Positions 63,817 to 64,000 of a stretch of DNA of 64,000 nt are shown here, in pieces. The notes below the pieces were generated by a model. That model searched no databases and was not told where the DNA came from. It saw nothing but the letters and a program-made list of their open reading frames with translations. The position numbers and the translations under genes were made by a program. Location of the stretch: positions 65,026 to 129,025 of the forward strand of contig SVHV01000001.1 in NCBI GenBank assembly GCA_015055605.1, in the 5' to 3' direction. Within the stretch, counting starts at the first letter, position 1, and each line of letters opens with the position of its first letter. This stretch comes from Clostridiales bacterium (GTDB lineage Bacteria > Bacillota > Clostridia > Christensenellales > UBA1242).

Positions 63817-64000
63817 TGAGTTTATTTTTTGTAGATAATAACTGCGATTTGGGTAATGAATTAATAGGCAAAATGTCGATAGAGTGTATTGATTTCCCAT
63901 ATCTTTTAGATGGCAAAGTCATGACTTTTGACTATGATTACTCAAAACTAGTTTCTAAATCAAAAAAATTATTAAAAATAGAGGCATTAGAACTAAGTAA
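63817..64000 (+). CDS. 5' part of an unidentified gene (possibly DegV-like); runs off the window
   Basis: A GGAGAG RBS precedes ATG 63817 and the frame is open to the window end. The pattern FFVDNNCDLGNELIGKMSIECIDFPYLLDGK only weakly resembles DegV N-termini. Confidence 0.35.

Noticed and set aside
1-64000. A search by eye for CRISPR arrays, integrases or transposases, restriction-modification genes, reverse transcriptases (DGR) and classical toxin-antitoxin pairs.
   Set aside because: I found no spaced direct-repeat array, and none of the ORF translations shows recombinase, transposase, RT, methyltransferase-endonuclease or known TA motifs. Absence is judged without profile searches and could miss divergent members.

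Overview
This is an AT-rich chromosomal segment (roughly one third G+C by eye) from an endospore-forming Firmicute. Almost all genes are on the + strand.

The backbone consists of conserved blocks whose order matches what is known from Bacillus subtilis:
- Division/cell-wall (dcw) cluster: rsmH-ftsL-PBP-murE-mraY-murD-ftsW/spoVE ... murA-divIB/ftsQ-ftsA-ftsZ-spoIIGA-sigE-sigG, followed by tRNA-Asn.
- hflX.
- uvrB-uvrA.
- mreB-like-minD-minE-spoIVFA-spoIVFB.
- comEC-holA-rpsT-gpr.
- lysS.

The dcw cluster is split between ftsW/spoVE and murA by about 10.7 kb of accessory DNA (7.8-18.5 kb).

The first part of that insert (7.8-14.4 kb) is the most unusual region. It encodes three paralogous surface lipoproteins. 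They share a signal-peptide plus collagen/tail-fibre-like head module but carry different catalytic C-termini (two GDPD phosphodiesterases and one SGNH hydrolase). They are driven by two paralogous promoters in which a poly-G tract (G8 versus G10) sits exactly between a perfect TTGACA -35 box and the -10 box. This gives 17-nt and 19-nt spacers, which is the classic geometry of slipped-strand phase variation. Degenerate copies of the ftsW 3' end lie after each module, suggesting stepwise accretion at that site.

The second part of the insert (14.4-18.5 kb) holds five monocistronic orphan genes.

Other notable items:
- A duplicated tRNA-Asn 3' end enclosing a GC-rich structured 156-nt segment.
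- Two very cysteine-rich small proteins, one with a collagen-like tract.
- A stand-alone 21-codon hydrophobic ORF with its own strong promoter and terminator.
- An HflX GTPase with an N-terminal JAB/MPN+ (HxHx7Sx2D) domain.
- A 1,172-aa Ig-repeat surface protein followed by two small paralogous membrane-anchored proteins.
- A divergent MreB-like protein.
- A ComEC without beta-lactamase-fold histidines.
- An S20 with a lysine-rich repeat tail.

I recognised no integrase, transposase, CRISPR array, restriction system or classical toxin-antitoxin pair.

All calls come from reading the sequence and ORF translations and from remembered family motifs. No database search or computation was run. Small-motif coordinates were counted by hand and may be off by 1-2 nt.
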